DNA of 59,052 bases from Ignavibacteria bacterium (lineage in GTDB: Bacteria > Bacteroidota > Ignavibacteria > Tepidaquicellales > OLB5): the NCBI GenBank assembly GCA_014879675.1, contig JACSRQ010000138.1, positions 1 through 59,052 of the forward strand. The letters are read 5' to 3'. Positions 1 through 10,418 of the stretch are shown piece after piece. Under the pieces are notes generated by a model, which saw only the letters and a list, made by a program, of their open reading frames with translations, was not told the DNA's origin and did no database searches. Position numbers and translations under genes: made by a program. Each line of letters begins with the position of its first letter. Position 1 is the first letter of the stretch.

Positions 1-276
1 GAGCATCCTTCGGATGCCGCAAGGCGGATACTGAATGAGCAGATGAGTTACATTACTGCCAATCTCGCGCTCGGATTCATTGAGTCATTCGTAGGCAATG
101 ACGGCTCATGGCACCTGATTTTCCACTATTACCAGAAGGTTGATGCACTGCCCGAAATAATGCCCACAGGCGAGATCAGTGAGTACAAATGGTTCGAAAG
201 GTATGCACTGCCTGATATCAGCGAAATCGCGCACCGCGGCTGGGCAAAATACACCATCGATAAGCTGCTCGGTTGA
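1..276 (+). CDS. NUDIX-family hydrolase, 5'-truncated by window edge
   Basis: The frame is open from base 1 (EHPSDAARRILNEQM..., a degenerate Nudix box) into the 43..276 ORF. The C-terminal 'EISEYKWF...LP' is typical of Nudix proteins. Confidence 0.65.
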   Translation, partial: EHPSDAARRILNEQMSYITANLALGFIESFVGNDGSWHLIFHYYQKVDALPEIMPTGEISEYKWFERYALPDISEIAHRGWAKYTIDKLLG

Positions 277-316
277 TTAAATTAACTTTGCCTTCCTGAA
301 TCTAATTACTGTTAAA

Positions 317-763
317 ATGTTCAACAAAGATACTGCTGAAATTTTCAAGCTCAATAAATTTGTGCTTGATATGAACCTGAAGGATATCACACAGTCTGAT
401 AGTCTTGTATCGCCCCAAACAGGCGGCAACTGCATTAACTGGATATTGGGTCATATTCTTGTGAACCGCGATGTGCAGCGGGAGATTGTGGGACTCAACA
501 CCGCTTGTTCGCCGGAAATGACTGAGCTTTATGACCGCGGAACGCAGAATATCAATTCCGGAAATGCCATGGATGTAACAGCTCTTTTAGCAATCCTTGA
601 AGAAGGGCAAAATGAGCTGATAACAAAACTTACTGAAAGAGATCTATCGGCAAATGAGGAAAGCCGTAAGCTGGCGCTCACATTGGCATTCCATGAATCA
701 TACCATGCCGGCCAAACCGGACTGCTGAGAAGGATAGCCGGCAAAGAAGGAGCGATAAAATAA
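317..763 (+). CDS. DinB/YfiT-like superfamily protein
   Basis: 'NCINWILGHI' and 'FHESYHAGQ' His motifs. Confidence 0.8.
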   Translation: MFNKDTAEIFKLNKFVLDMNLKDITQSDSLVSPQTGGNCINWILGHILVNRDVQREIVGLNTACSPEMTELYDRGTQNINSGNAMDVTALLAILEEGQNELITKLTERDLSANEESRKLALTLAFHESYHAGQTGLLRRIAGKEGAIK

Positions 764-1630
764 ATGGCAGTAGAAAGAGATTTTGATAAGCTGTGGAATT
801 ACGAAGATCCCGCAGCAACTGAAGTAAAATTCCGCGAGCTTCTGCCCGCTGCTGAAAAAGGTAAGGATAAGGCTTATTATATAGAGCTGTTGACCCAGCT
901 TGCACGCACTCAAAGCCTGCAGAGGAAGTTTGATAAAGCGCATGAGATACTTGATAAAGCTATGAAGCTTATTGGCGCAGAGCATATTGTACCGCGCATC
1001 AGATTCATGCTTGAGCGGGGTAGGACTTACAACTCTTCCAAAGAGTATGAAAAGGCCAGGGAGCTTTTTCATGCTGCTTACCTGCAATCCGAAAAATACG
1101 CAGAGGATAACCTCGCTATTGATGCGGTTCATATGCTTGGTATCGTGGATAAGGACGAAGAATCCCTGAAATGGAATAACCTCGCAATTGAAATGGCGGA
1201 AAGAACCACCGACGAGAAAGCGAAGAGCTGGCTGGGTCCGCTATACAACAATACCGGGTGGACTTATCATGATATGGGTGAGTATGATAAGGCGCTATCC
1301 ATATTTGAAAAAAATGTAGAGTGGCACACCAAACGCGAATCCGGCATGCAGCTATATATTGCGAAGTGGAGCGTTGCCAGATGCCTGCGCTCGCTTGGCA
1401 GGGTTGAAGAAGCGCTGGAAATGCAGATGGCGCTGCGCGGCAAAGATAATGAGATGTATTCCTGTGAAGACGGATACAATGCTGAAGAAATCGCCGAGTG
1501 TCTGTTTACTCTGGGCAGGGCAGAAGAAGCCAAGCCATATTTCAGCAGGGCATATGAGCAGTTATCAAAAGATAGCTGGGTGCAGGAAAACGACAAAGAA
1601 AAGCTTGAAAGGCTCAAAAGCTTAAGCTAA
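764..1630 (+). CDS. Tetratricopeptide repeat protein
   Basis: Repeated TPR-like helices (e.g. 'LYNNTGWTYHDMGEYDKAL'); starts directly after the upstream stop. Confidence 0.8.
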   Translation: MAVERDFDKLWNYEDPAATEVKFRELLPAAEKGKDKAYYIELLTQLARTQSLQRKFDKAHEILDKAMKLIGAEHIVPRIRFMLERGRTYNSSKEYEKARELFHAAYLQSEKYAEDNLAIDAVHMLGIVDKDEESLKWNNLAIEMAERTTDEKAKSWLGPLYNNTGWTYHDMGEYDKALSIFEKNVEWHTKRESGMQLYIAKWSVARCLRSLGRVEEALEMQMALRGKDNEMYSCEDGYNAEEIAECLFTLGRAEEAKPYFSRAYEQLSKDSWVQENDKEKLERLKSLS

Positions 1631-2748
1631 TGAGGAATATTTTCGCCGCTGGAATTATATTCTGTATATCTCTTATGCTTAATCATTACGATAATAATTT
1701 ATATTCTCGATCAATGACAAACTGGAAAATTGAGCCATCATTTAAGTATGACATGTGCTGCTTCATGAATATTTTAACCGGTGATCCTTATTACAGGGAA
1801 CACTATCCCGATGAGCCGAATCCATTTGACAGCTTACAGACACCGGAAGTGAAACAGTCAATAGACTCGCTTTACAAAAAGCTTAAGACCGATAATGGCA
1901 TAATTATTTCGGCCTGGTTATGTCTGTATTTTTCTGCTATTGAAGGTGAAGAAATTGATGATATGCTCGCCGCGCTGCAAGATCCTGCGGTGCTGAAAGA
2001 AAATTTCTCGAAGTCACCCTACTATGACGACAAAAGCTGGAATATATTTTTATCGGTCAATAGTGAACTGCAGGTGATCTTTGAATTCCTTAAACAGAAT
2101 GATTTTAAGAAATACTGGAGCGAAAACATACTGCCTCGTATAGAAAAAAGGATAGAAGCGGAAAAAACGGGAATAGATAAGTATGATGTTATCGCTCAAA
2201 ACGAGAAGATGCTCGGGTTCAAACTGCCATCTGATACTATCACCGTTTATATGCTTTATTACAACAGGCCGCATGGTATCAAAATTACCGGAATGCGCTT
2301 CCTGACTTCAATCCATTGGCCGTTTGAAATTACTATCCGTACCTCCGCCCACGAGATGATGCACCCCCCGTATGATTATGACAGGGATGTGGAATTGAAA
2401 GTTCTGATATGGTCATTTGAAAATGATGAATTTGTTATGGATAAGGTTAACAATCATAACAAATCATTTGGCTATAACACACTTAACGGACTATTTGAAG
2501 AAGATTGTGTGCAGGCGCTGGACCAGATGATAAACGACAACCTTGGTGTATCAATAGATCCGCGGAAAAGGTGGAAGGAAAGTGACGAAGGCATCCATGT
2601 ACTTGCTGTAGCATTATACCAGATCATGAGAGCAGAAAAGTATAATACCGCAAATGAGGTGTTCAGAGATTTTTTAATCCGCATATACAACAATGGTTTG
2701 TTTAAACCGGGCAAGATCAAAGAATACTATGATAGATTCTACCAATAG
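1630..2748 (+). CDS. Exported hypothetical protein, putative gluzincin-like metallopeptidase
   Basis: Hydrophobic N-terminus, HExxH ('AHEMMH') and a downstream 'FEEDCVQAL' Glu. Confidence 0.55.
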   Translation: MRNIFAAGIIFCISLMLNHYDNNLYSRSMTNWKIEPSFKYDMCCFMNILTGDPYYREHYPDEPNPFDSLQTPEVKQSIDSLYKKLKTDNGIIISAWLCLYFSAIEGEEIDDMLAALQDPAVLKENFSKSPYYDDKSWNIFLSVNSELQVIFEFLKQNDFKKYWSENILPRIEKRIEAEKTGIDKYDVIAQNEKMLGFKLPSDTITVYMLYYNRPHGIKITGMRFLTSIHWPFEITIRTSAHEMMHPPYDYDRDVELKVLIWSFENDEFVMDKVNNHNKSFGYNTLNGLFEEDCVQALDQMINDNLGVSIDPRKRWKESDEGIHVLAVALYQIMRAEKYNTANEVFRDFLIRIYNNGLFKPGKIKEYYDRFYQ

Positions 2749-2751
2749 TGT

Positions 2752-2759
2752 TATCTTTG
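2752..2759 (+). promoter_or_regulatory. Putative Bacteroidota-type -7 promoter element (TAnnTTTG) for ppk2
   Basis: TATCTTTG lies 27 nt upstream of the ppk2 ATG. The same motif occurs on the minus strand at 26003-26010, upstream of the S9 peptidase. Confidence 0.35.
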
Positions 2760-2786
2760 TAGTATCTAAACTCTAATACTATAGGA

Positions 2787-3701
2787 ATGGGAAAGAACTC
2801 AACCGATAACAACTTCCGCAAGGATGAAAACATGTTCATCAAGCCGGGCACTAAGCTCAGGCTTAAGGATTTTGATACAAAATACACTGCGGGATTCAGC
2901 GATAAAGAGGATGCTGCAGAAATGCTGGCCAAGGATATCAAAAGGCTTGCCGAGCTTCAGGATATGCTATATGCAATGAACAAGTACTCCATGCTGGTTG
3001 TGATTCAGGCTATGGATGCAGCAGGCAAGGATGGTACCATAAAGCATGTTATGACGGGGGTTAATCCGCAGGGATGTAACGTAACAAGCTTCAAACAGCC
3101 CTCACATGAAGAGCTCAGCCATGATTTCCTCTGGCGCATTAACCGTGCCATGCCTAAGAGGGGAATGATAGCCATATTCAACCGCTCTCATTATGAAGAA
3201 GTGCTGGTTACAAGAGTACATCCTGAGTATATCCTCGGACAAAACATCCCCGGAATCGATTCCGTTGATAAGGTAGATAAGAAATTCTGGGCTAAACGAT
3301 ACGAGATCATCAATAATTTCGAAAAGCAGGCATTTGAGAACGGGACTATCATAATTAAATTCTTCCTGCATGTATCAAAGGAAGAGCAGAAGAAACGTTT
3401 CCTTGCCAGGATAGATGAACCCGAGAAGAACTGGAAATTTTCGACAAGCGATGTAAAAGAGCGCCAGCTTTGGGATAAATATATGGAAGCGTTCGAAGAA
3501 GCTATATCGAATACCTCAACTGAATATGCCCCATGGTATGTTGTGCCTGCTGATAGAAAATGGTTCATGAGGGCGGCTGTTGGCGATATTATTGTTGGTA
3601 CGCTGGAAAAACTCGGGCTGGAGTATCCCACGATCACAAACGAAGAAAAAAATGAGCTGCTTAAAGCTAAAGACCTTATTCTAAATGAAGATAATATATA
3701 A
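2787..3701 (+). CDS. ppk2: Polyphosphate kinase 2 (class III-like)
   Basis: 'QAMDAAGKDG' Walker A, 'FNRSHYEEVL', 'KNWKFS..D..ER..W', 'APWYVVPAD.KW'. Confidence 0.92.
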   Translation: MGKNSTDNNFRKDENMFIKPGTKLRLKDFDTKYTAGFSDKEDAAEMLAKDIKRLAELQDMLYAMNKYSMLVVIQAMDAAGKDGTIKHVMTGVNPQGCNVTSFKQPSHEELSHDFLWRINRAMPKRGMIAIFNRSHYEEVLVTRVHPEYILGQNIPGIDSVDKVDKKFWAKRYEIINNFEKQAFENGTIIIKFFLHVSKEEQKKRFLARIDEPEKNWKFSTSDVKERQLWDKYMEAFEEAISNTSTEYAPWYVVPADRKWFMRAAVGDIIVGTLEKLGLEYPTITNEEKNELLKAKDLILNEDNI

Positions 3702-3716
3702 TTCATAAGGTTGCAT

Positions 3717-5525
3717 CTACAGTCTTGCTGAATCTGCTAGCTGCACGCGTATCTGTTCATTCTCGGGAAGGTCAAGCAATCCTTCCAGACTGATGGGAGC
3801 GAGTTGTGACCAGTTATTCCGGCTAACGCTGCCCGGTGTATTAATGCGGCATGTTGGCTTCGATATCTTTCCAAGCAGCTCTTCATTCAGGCAGAGATAC
3901 TCCTGCAGTAACTGAATGCTGAATATAGATGCTGTTTTGTGTGCTGATTCCATCGCTTTTTGTACTATCTGAACTCCCTTTTCTTCAATACTTCCGCCAT
4001 AACCAAGGTAATTCAGGAATTTCTGCTTTTCACCGTAACTTTCCATGTATGAATACACCAGGCTGCCAAGCTCATCGGGATGTTTGCCCAATATCCGGCA
4101 TAACTCATCCGGCGAGTTCACGGAATCATTCCAATACAGTCTCCCGGCAACAGATCTCTTCTTATCAAACAACACCTGTTTCGAATATTTGATGTGTCCG
4201 ATGGTTATACCAGCCTTTTCGCACATTAGCTCGAAGAGCTTTTCATCGATTGTACCCGCTTCAAACTGCCACCAGTTGATCCAGAAACTGGAATCATGAG
4301 TGGAAAGGACGGCATTTGAATTGATCCTATAATCGGAAGGCGGGCGGAACTGAAAATTGCTCTTGTAGTATCGCTGGAAATCTATGCCGGGAATACCGAA
4401 TTCATACAGTACATGGAAAGAACAGCCCGGTACAGTGCCAAGATCTTCCGCGCAGGGGAGCATGAAAGAGGCATTCACCATTTCTTCGATTATCCGCCTG
4501 CCATGGTGTTCCCAAAGATACTCTTCCTTAGGTATATAGGAGCCGGAGATCGAGTTATCAACAACCGGCGATACCCATACGCGGAACAGTCCCACAAAAT
4601 GATCGATGCGGTACATATCGTAGAAATTCTGCGCATATACTAGCTTTTCCCGAACGTAGGTGAATCCGTCATTTGCTATCTTATCCCAATTATACGGCGG
4701 CATACCCCACTTCTGACCCATTGCAAAATACATATCTGGCGGCGCACCTGAGGCAAGTTCTAATATGAAATAATCTTTATGCGCCCAAACATCAGCGCTT
4801 TCACGGGATACAAGAAAGGGGAGATCACCCAGAATGAATATACCCTTTGCGGCAGCATAATCTTTTACACTCTTCATCTGGCTGAATAGCTGCCACTGCA
4901 TCCAGCAATAAAACTCCAATTTTTCGATATTGTTAACGCGGATTTCTTCCAGTGCAGAAGGAACCTTCTCTCTCAATTCTTCAGGCCAGTTTTGCCAGCC
5001 AATATCGGGATGCAGCTCTGATATCACCTTATACATGGTATAATCATTCAGCCAATATGAATTTGCGGTTTTGAATTGAGTGAATGCGGCGATGTTATCA
5101 GTCTTGGTAACTTTGTAAATGCTCCAAAGTAGTGCAATCTTCGCCCGTTTGATCTTATAGCTAACCCTGCCAAACCTGGGGCGGAATTTTTTCTTTAATC
5201 TCTCTAACTCTTTGCTGAAATCCGTAATATCAGCATTTATCAGCTCGTTTATGTTGAGGTACATCGGGTCGAGAGCGAAGGAGCTAACGGAATTGTAAGG
5301 AGCGAAATCGCCGCCGACATCATTCACGGGGAGGAGCTGAATTATCGATAGTCCAGTTTTGCCGCACCAGTCTGCAAGAAGCTTGAGGTCGGTGAATTCT
5401 CCAATAGCTGTACTTTGTGCTGAATATAACGAGTAAAGCGCGGCACATACGCCGGCACGGCGTTTTACGCCAATCCTGCGCCATTTATCGGCTGTGCGTG
5501 AATTCAGAAAATATTCTTCAGTCAT
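3717..5525 (-). CDS. malQ: 4-alpha-glucanotransferase (amylomaltase, GH77)
   Basis: 'GDLPFLV', 'GAPPD', 'GQKWGMP.Y.W', 'RIDHFVGLFR', 'AEDLG', 'STHD', 'RINTPG'. Confidence 0.92.
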   Translation of the reverse strand: MTEEYFLNSRTADKWRRIGVKRRAGVCAALYSLYSAQSTAIGEFTDLKLLADWCGKTGLSIIQLLPVNDVGGDFAPYNSVSSFALDPMYLNINELINADITDFSKELERLKKKFRPRFGRVSYKIKRAKIALLWSIYKVTKTDNIAAFTQFKTANSYWLNDYTMYKVISELHPDIGWQNWPEELREKVPSALEEIRVNNIEKLEFYCWMQWQLFSQMKSVKDYAAAKGIFILGDLPFLVSRESADVWAHKDYFILELASGAPPDMYFAMGQKWGMPPYNWDKIANDGFTYVREKLVYAQNFYDMYRIDHFVGLFRVWVSPVVDNSISGSYIPKEEYLWEHHGRRIIEEMVNASFMLPCAEDLGTVPGCSFHVLYEFGIPGIDFQRYYKSNFQFRPPSDYRINSNAVLSTHDSSFWINWWQFEAGTIDEKLFELMCEKAGITIGHIKYSKQVLFDKKRSVAGRLYWNDSVNSPDELCRILGKHPDELGSLVYSYMESYGEKQKFLNYLGYGGSIEEKGVQIVQKAMESAHKTASIFSIQLLQEYLCLNEELLGKISKPTCRINTPGSVSRNNWSQLAPISLEGLLDLPENEQIRVQLADSARL

Positions 5526-7102
5526 TAATTTCTATTTTTTTCCCCTGATTCAAAAGAGGCGGGCCTGTGGGGCTTAACCAGCTTCATGTAAACACCCTTG
5601 CCGGTTTTGTATTTCGGAATATTACTTTTTGCCTCAGCTAACCGATCTTTAAACTCTTCTTCAAGCTCGATCCCTGTAACATCCCTGACAAGCTCCATAG
5701 CGCGGGACGCATATTCAAGTATTTTTACTGTCTCGAGTCCCGATATTTCAGAGAAGAACCAGCCGCAGCTTGTGTACATTAACATCGAGTATCTCTGCAT
5801 TTCCAGCAGCTTTAAAGCTATAAGTTTTTCGTTTTCATCGAAGCTTCTAACGGCATTTTGTTCAAAGTAGTTAGACTTGTTCTCTAATGAAGGTTCAAGC
5901 AGCAAATTTATATAGTTGTTCCGTGCTTTCCAAACATCTGTGAAGAATATTGAACCGATATTTTCGTAGATGATTATCATCTGATCGCGCAGCCAATCCA
6001 GGCTTTCTCGCAGCGGTTTGCGCCACTGCTGTATCCATCCGTCTCCGCCTCCGCAGCCGCAATCTTCTTTCCACCTTTTGACGCCGTGAAAACAGCTCCA
6101 CGAAGTTCCTTCACCGCCATCGCCCGGTTTAATTCGTACTTCGTACTCCGGCTGATGCTCAGCAAGATACTCGCCGAAATTCACAACCTTCAGTCTGTTT
6201 TGCGGTACCAGCGACTTCATGAAGAAAGCCAGTGTGCGCTCTGCGTGCTTTTTGTGATGGCCGAACGTTTCGCCATCGGTAGCAACGCCGATCAATTGTT
6301 CGGTTTCGGCTGATCCCTTTGTACCGGCATTTTCGGGTGTAGCGATTGTTCGATCTGATGCGCTGTGTATCTTATTCAGCAGATTCTGCGAGCTAACCAA
6401 CACGTCATCAAATGCTACAGATTTAGATACAGGGCCATCATAGAAAAATATATCAATATATAAATTCTTGTGAAACTCTGAGTACCGCCTGTATGGCATT
6501 TTGGGATCAATAGAGCCCGTATTAACATCTTGCCATGCTGATTCACCTATTTTCCTGATAAATGCAGCCTGACTTGTATCAAGAATTATATATTTGATGC
6601 CTTCGGAGATCAGTACTTCAACGGTTTCATCATTACATGCGGTTTCCGGAAGCCAAATACCCTCGGGTTCGCGCCCGAAATGAAACCGAAAATCCGACAC
6701 GCCCCATTTTACCTGTGTGATCTTGTCATTCAGATTTGCCAGCGGCATTATCATATGGTTATAGCACATTGCGATGGCATTGCCGTGTCCGTTATGCAGC
6801 TCTATGCTTTTTTTATCAGCTTCGATTATCTTCTTGTAAGTTTCGGGATGTTTGGTCTGTATCCAGGCAAGCAGGGTAGGGCCGAAGTTAAAATTCAGCA
6901 TTTCATAATTATTTACAACGGATACGGTCTCGCCCTTATCATCTATTATCTCCGCTTCAGCATTGGCTTTATAGCACTCGTGATAAATGCGTTCATTCCA
7001 ATCATGGTAGGGTTTCGCGCTATCCTGCAGCTCAATTTCGCCGGTCCATGGATTTTCCCTCGGCGGCTGGTAAAAATGTCCGTGAATACAAATATTAGTC
7101 AA
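5525..7102 (-). CDS. Glycoside hydrolase family 57 (DUF3536) protein
   Basis: 'IHGHFYQPPRENPW', 'WLPETA', 'ATDGETFGHH', 'MYTSCGWFF'. Confidence 0.9.
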   Translation of the reverse strand: MTNICIHGHFYQPPRENPWTGEIELQDSAKPYHDWNERIYHECYKANAEAEIIDDKGETVSVVNNYEMLNFNFGPTLLAWIQTKHPETYKKIIEADKKSIELHNGHGNAIAMCYNHMIMPLANLNDKITQVKWGVSDFRFHFGREPEGIWLPETACNDETVEVLISEGIKYIILDTSQAAFIRKIGESAWQDVNTGSIDPKMPYRRYSEFHKNLYIDIFFYDGPVSKSVAFDDVLVSSQNLLNKIHSASDRTIATPENAGTKGSAETEQLIGVATDGETFGHHKKHAERTLAFFMKSLVPQNRLKVVNFGEYLAEHQPEYEVRIKPGDGGEGTSWSCFHGVKRWKEDCGCGGGDGWIQQWRKPLRESLDWLRDQMIIIYENIGSIFFTDVWKARNNYINLLLEPSLENKSNYFEQNAVRSFDENEKLIALKLLEMQRYSMLMYTSCGWFFSEISGLETVKILEYASRAMELVRDVTGIELEEEFKDRLAEAKSNIPKYKTGKGVYMKLVKPHRPASFESGEKNRN

Positions 7103-7180
7103 ATAGTGAGATAGTTAGATAGTGAAATAGCGAACTGGTTAAATAGTGAACTAATTAAATAATGAAATAGCGAAAATTAG
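7101..7180 (+). repeat. Degenerate 8-bp tandem repeat (consensus ~AAATAGTG)
   Basis: aaatagtg agatagtt agatagtg aaatagcg aactggtt aaatagtg aactaatt aaataatg aaatagcg. Confidence 0.75.
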
Positions 7181-7251
7181 AATTGTTTGAAATCATACAA
7201 AACTAAAAAATGAAGCGGTTATATAAAAGGAAATTATGATTGCTTTAATGT

Positions 7252-7725
7252 TCAGTATCTGATGGCATCCGCATCGGGCGGCGTGTAACCAAGCAGTCGG
7301 CTCATTGTCATTAACTGTCCCTTATGATGAAACTCATGCGTTGTTACGTGTGTGAAGAGGCCCAACACTGAATATGTAAAGTCTTTCTTCTGCCATGAAA
7401 TATAGCCTGTAATTTTTTCGTCTGGATCAGGGTGATTGCTTATGAATTCCTCCACAACAGAATTTATCTTTTGAAATGCCAAACGGAAGTCATCAGCGCT
7501 CTTGAGCTCTTCTGCATCGAAATAAGGGTATTCCTCCTTATGCGCGAAGCGCTTCAGCCAGTGAATATAAGTATTTGTGCAGTGTGTGTATAATGATTGA
7601 ATTGATTCATTATTGAAAGATTCAATCGGCTTTATCAAATCATGTTTTTTAATGCCTGAAAAATACTCCAGCACTATTTCCCTTGAAGACTTAAACAGTT
7701 CGTACTGCGAAGTTAATATATTCAT
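7252..7725 (-). CDS. DinB family protein
   Basis: 'SIQSLYTH...W' and 'THVTTHEFHHKGQ'. Confidence 0.88.
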   Translation of the reverse strand: MNILTSQYELFKSSREIVLEYFSGIKKHDLIKPIESFNNESIQSLYTHCTNTYIHWLKRFAHKEEYPYFDAEELKSADDFRLAFQKINSVVEEFISNHPDPDEKITGYISWQKKDFTYSVLGLFTHVTTHEFHHKGQLMTMSRLLGYTPPDADAIRY

Positions 7726-7726
7726 T

Positions 7727-8257
7727 TCAGATAGTTAATAATTTATTAGTTGTGTTCCAGTTGCGTACAGTGCAAACGACTTTAAGCGTTTTTTCAACGG
7801 TGTTTTTTTTGAAAAATTCTGAATCCGAGAATCCGCCCCTGATAAGATGATACAAGTTGTTTCCGGAAACGATTATCATTTCTTTGTCATTGTTCGCGGA
7901 TTCCAGCTCTGTAATTTGAGCTTTGGTTGGTGCTGCGCTTAAATAGCCTACAGATATCTTGCATTCTTCATGTCCTTTAACTTTGCCAAACGGGTAGCCT
8001 TTTATAATTGCTTCCATTTCAGCTTTGTTACGTACGATTACGCTTACTTCAAAGCCGAAAGTTTTTTTAATGCCGGCTTCGATCTTTTTTCGGACTGTTT
8101 CTGCGGCGGCATTGGATTCAAATACAACATTCCCGCTCTGTATTAATGTGCGTACATTCTTATATCCAAGATCTTCAAACATGACTTTAAGTTCAGCCAT
8201 TTTGATGATTTTGTGTCCCGATACGTTAATGCCTTTAAGTAATGCAAAGTATGTCAT
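7727..8257 (-). CDS. DUF1697 domain protein
   Basis: 'ALLKGINVSG...MAEL', 'TLIQSGNVVF', 'TVRNWNT'. Confidence 0.88.
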   Translation of the reverse strand: MTYFALLKGINVSGHKIIKMAELKVMFEDLGYKNVRTLIQSGNVVFESNAAAETVRKKIEAGIKKTFGFEVSVIVRNKAEMEAIIKGYPFGKVKGHEECKISVGYLSAAPTKAQITELESANNDKEMIIVSGNNLYHLIRGGFSDSEFFKKNTVEKTLKVVCTVRNWNTTNKLLTI

Positions 8258-8264
8258 TTAGTTT

Positions 8265-8516
8265 CCCATTCCCGCGAACGCCTGCACAGGGCAGGTAAAC
8301 GGGAATCTCTTAAATTCTCCCATTCCCGCGAAGGCGGGAATCTTTTGAAGTTTCTTATTCCCGCGAAAGCGGGAATCTCATATTTGGCAATCCGAATATG
8401 CTTCAGTATTACTTTTATGTGTTAATGATTCCTGCGTCAGGTCGTAAGACCTGACGCCACTGAAAAGTTTCTTATTCCCGCGCAGGCCTGCACAGGGCAG
8501 GTAAACGGGAATCTCT
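8265..8516. repeat. Cluster of REP-like palindromes: four ATTCCCGCG..CGGGAATC hairpins and one GCGTCAGGTCGTAAGACCTGACGC hairpin
   Basis: Copies at 8268-8307, 8322-8342, 8357-8377 and 8474-8513; second family at 8433-8460. Confidence 0.85.
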
Positions 8517-8550
8517 GGTAAGACAGTTGCTTTCCTCTTTAAAGATTGAC

Positions 8551-9264
8551 TTACTTATAATACTCTACTTTGCCGTCATTCAGATCGTACATACATCCAA
8601 CGATATCAATTTCACCTTTGTCATACATTTCCTTAAGTACGGAACTTTTGGATTTGATCTCTTCAATTGCAAGAAGAACATTTTCTTTTGCAACCATGTC
8701 AACATAATCATAGTTCTTTGAGGACTTCTCGCCGTCATAACTGGTCTTCTCAACCGCAGGTTTGATCTTTGTAAGCATCTGCGTCATGTTGCCAAGCTGC
8801 GCATCGTCGATAGCGCCTTTGATGGCGCCGCAATTAGTGTGTCCCATAACCAGGATCAGTTTTGCCCCGGTAACCTTGCAGGCAAATTCCATGCTGCCAA
8901 GGATATCATCGTTTACAAAATTTCCGGCTATCCTCGCGTCAAATATATCGCCCAGACCCTCATCGAATGTTATTTCGGGGGCTACACGTGAATCAATGCA
9001 GCTCAAAACAATCGCAAATGGATACTGACCTTTTGCAGTGGCGTGCATTTGATCCGGCAGGTTGCGCTGGAACATTACATTTTCCACGAACCGGTTATTG
9101 CCTTCCTTCAGCATCTGCAATGCATCTGAGGGAGTGGTTTTGTCCTGCAGTTCCTTGGTCTGGGTGATCGCTTTATCCTGCGAATAGGTGAGTGTAGCGA
9201 AAGAGATCAATAGCATATAAAATATGATGCCGTGTAACAACCTGCTGCTCTTAGCTGTCTTCAT
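8551..9264 (-). CDS. Beta-class carbonic anhydrase with signal peptide
   Basis: 'LSCIDSRV', 'RIAGN', 'GHTNCGAI' zinc ligands; N-terminal hydrophobic signal. Confidence 0.92.
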   Translation of the reverse strand: MKTAKSSRLLHGIIFYMLLISFATLTYSQDKAITQTKELQDKTTPSDALQMLKEGNNRFVENVMFQRNLPDQMHATAKGQYPFAIVLSCIDSRVAPEITFDEGLGDIFDARIAGNFVNDDILGSMEFACKVTGAKLILVMGHTNCGAIKGAIDDAQLGNMTQMLTKIKPAVEKTSYDGEKSSKNYDYVDMVAKENVLLAIEEIKSKSSVLKEMYDKGEIDIVGCMYDLNDGKVEYYK

Positions 9265-9471
9265 GGATGGATAGTTTGTTTTTGGAATTCACGAATCTAA
9301 ACATATGTTTTTAATTTTGATAGGGGAAAAATAGACTAGTTTTAACAGCGGTATATTTTTGAATAATGATTAAGATTTTGATTATGAAAATAGATTGATC
9401 AAAGTATCATTAACAATTCAAATGTTAATTTATGAACTATTTCAAATCAATAGTATGAGTTTTCACGCAAA

Positions 9472-10206
9472 CTAAGTTTCATAATCACGATATCTATCTA
9501 CAAGTAATTTAAAACTATTTACCATGTCCTTATTCAATAAATCAATGTTATTCTTTAAGTCGTGCACTATTTTATTTCGGATTTGTTGGAAATATTTTAT
9601 ATTATTTTTTTCATCTTCAGTAATAATGCTGCCACCTGAAAGATATTTCAATGAAAAACTTATACCTTTATCCGGAATACCAGTCAGTGAATTATCCCAA
9701 GCAATGCTATGCAAAGCTGTTTCTAGTACAATCCAATTTTCTAAAAATTCTGCCAAGAGCCTACTTCTATCAGTATTAGGTTTTACAAGCTCAAAACCAA
9801 AAAGCTTGTTGAATAATTTATTTGCGAGGACAGAATATACCTCTACATTTTCCTTTTGAATTGTTAAACCATTACCTTGATGATAAAGCTGATTTCTCAA
9901 TCTATGAAACCATTCAATTAAACCTAAATCAATACCAATTATTTTGTCGCTAGCGTACTTTTCTAAAGTATCCAGCAATGCGTGAAAATTTTCAAAGATT
10001 TCTTGATACTCCTTACGAGGAATAACCAAACCTGTTATACGTTTTGGTAAACCAAGATATGTTTTTATTGTTAATTCAACTGAATTATCGATTGCAATCA
10101 TGGCTAACCTACGATTACTATCAGTGTCACTCTGGAGTAACTCTATCCCATTATTCAAAATTTCACCTGGACCAGATGCCCATGCTGGTAATTCTTGAAC
10201 ACTCAT
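9472..10206 (-). CDS. Hypothetical protein with two HEPN-like RxxxxH motifs
   Basis: 'RNQLYH' and 'RNKIVH', each preceded by a helix bearing a conserved-looking Glu; AT-rich gene. Confidence 0.6.
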   Translation of the reverse strand: MSVQELPAWASGPGEILNNGIELLQSDTDSNRRLAMIAIDNSVELTIKTYLGLPKRITGLVIPRKEYQEIFENFHALLDTLEKYASDKIIGIDLGLIEWFHRLRNQLYHQGNGLTIQKENVEVYSVLANKLFNKLFGFELVKPNTDRSRLLAEFLENWIVLETALHSIAWDNSLTGIPDKGISFSLKYLSGGSIITEDEKNNIKYFQQIRNKIVHDLKNNIDLLNKDMVNSFKLLVDRYRDYET

Positions 10207-10418
10207 ATTATAGTAATTTGAAATACAACATTAGAATTTAAAATCACAATTTAATAAACATTTTTCGAGAATTCATTCGTAAAAACACTTTTGCTTTATA
10301 GAAGCTAAAAATTCTTCGAAATCTTTCTCAATCTCATTGAACAGTTATTCAGTATTCAAAGGCGGTAATAATCAATCCTTCCAGTTATGAATTACATAGC
10401 CAAAATTGTTTTTACTAT

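Noticed and set aside
8265-8516. Mini-CRISPR or integron attC array
   Set aside because: Spacing is irregular, the families are mixed REP-like palindromes, and I saw no attC core-site pairs or integron integrase.
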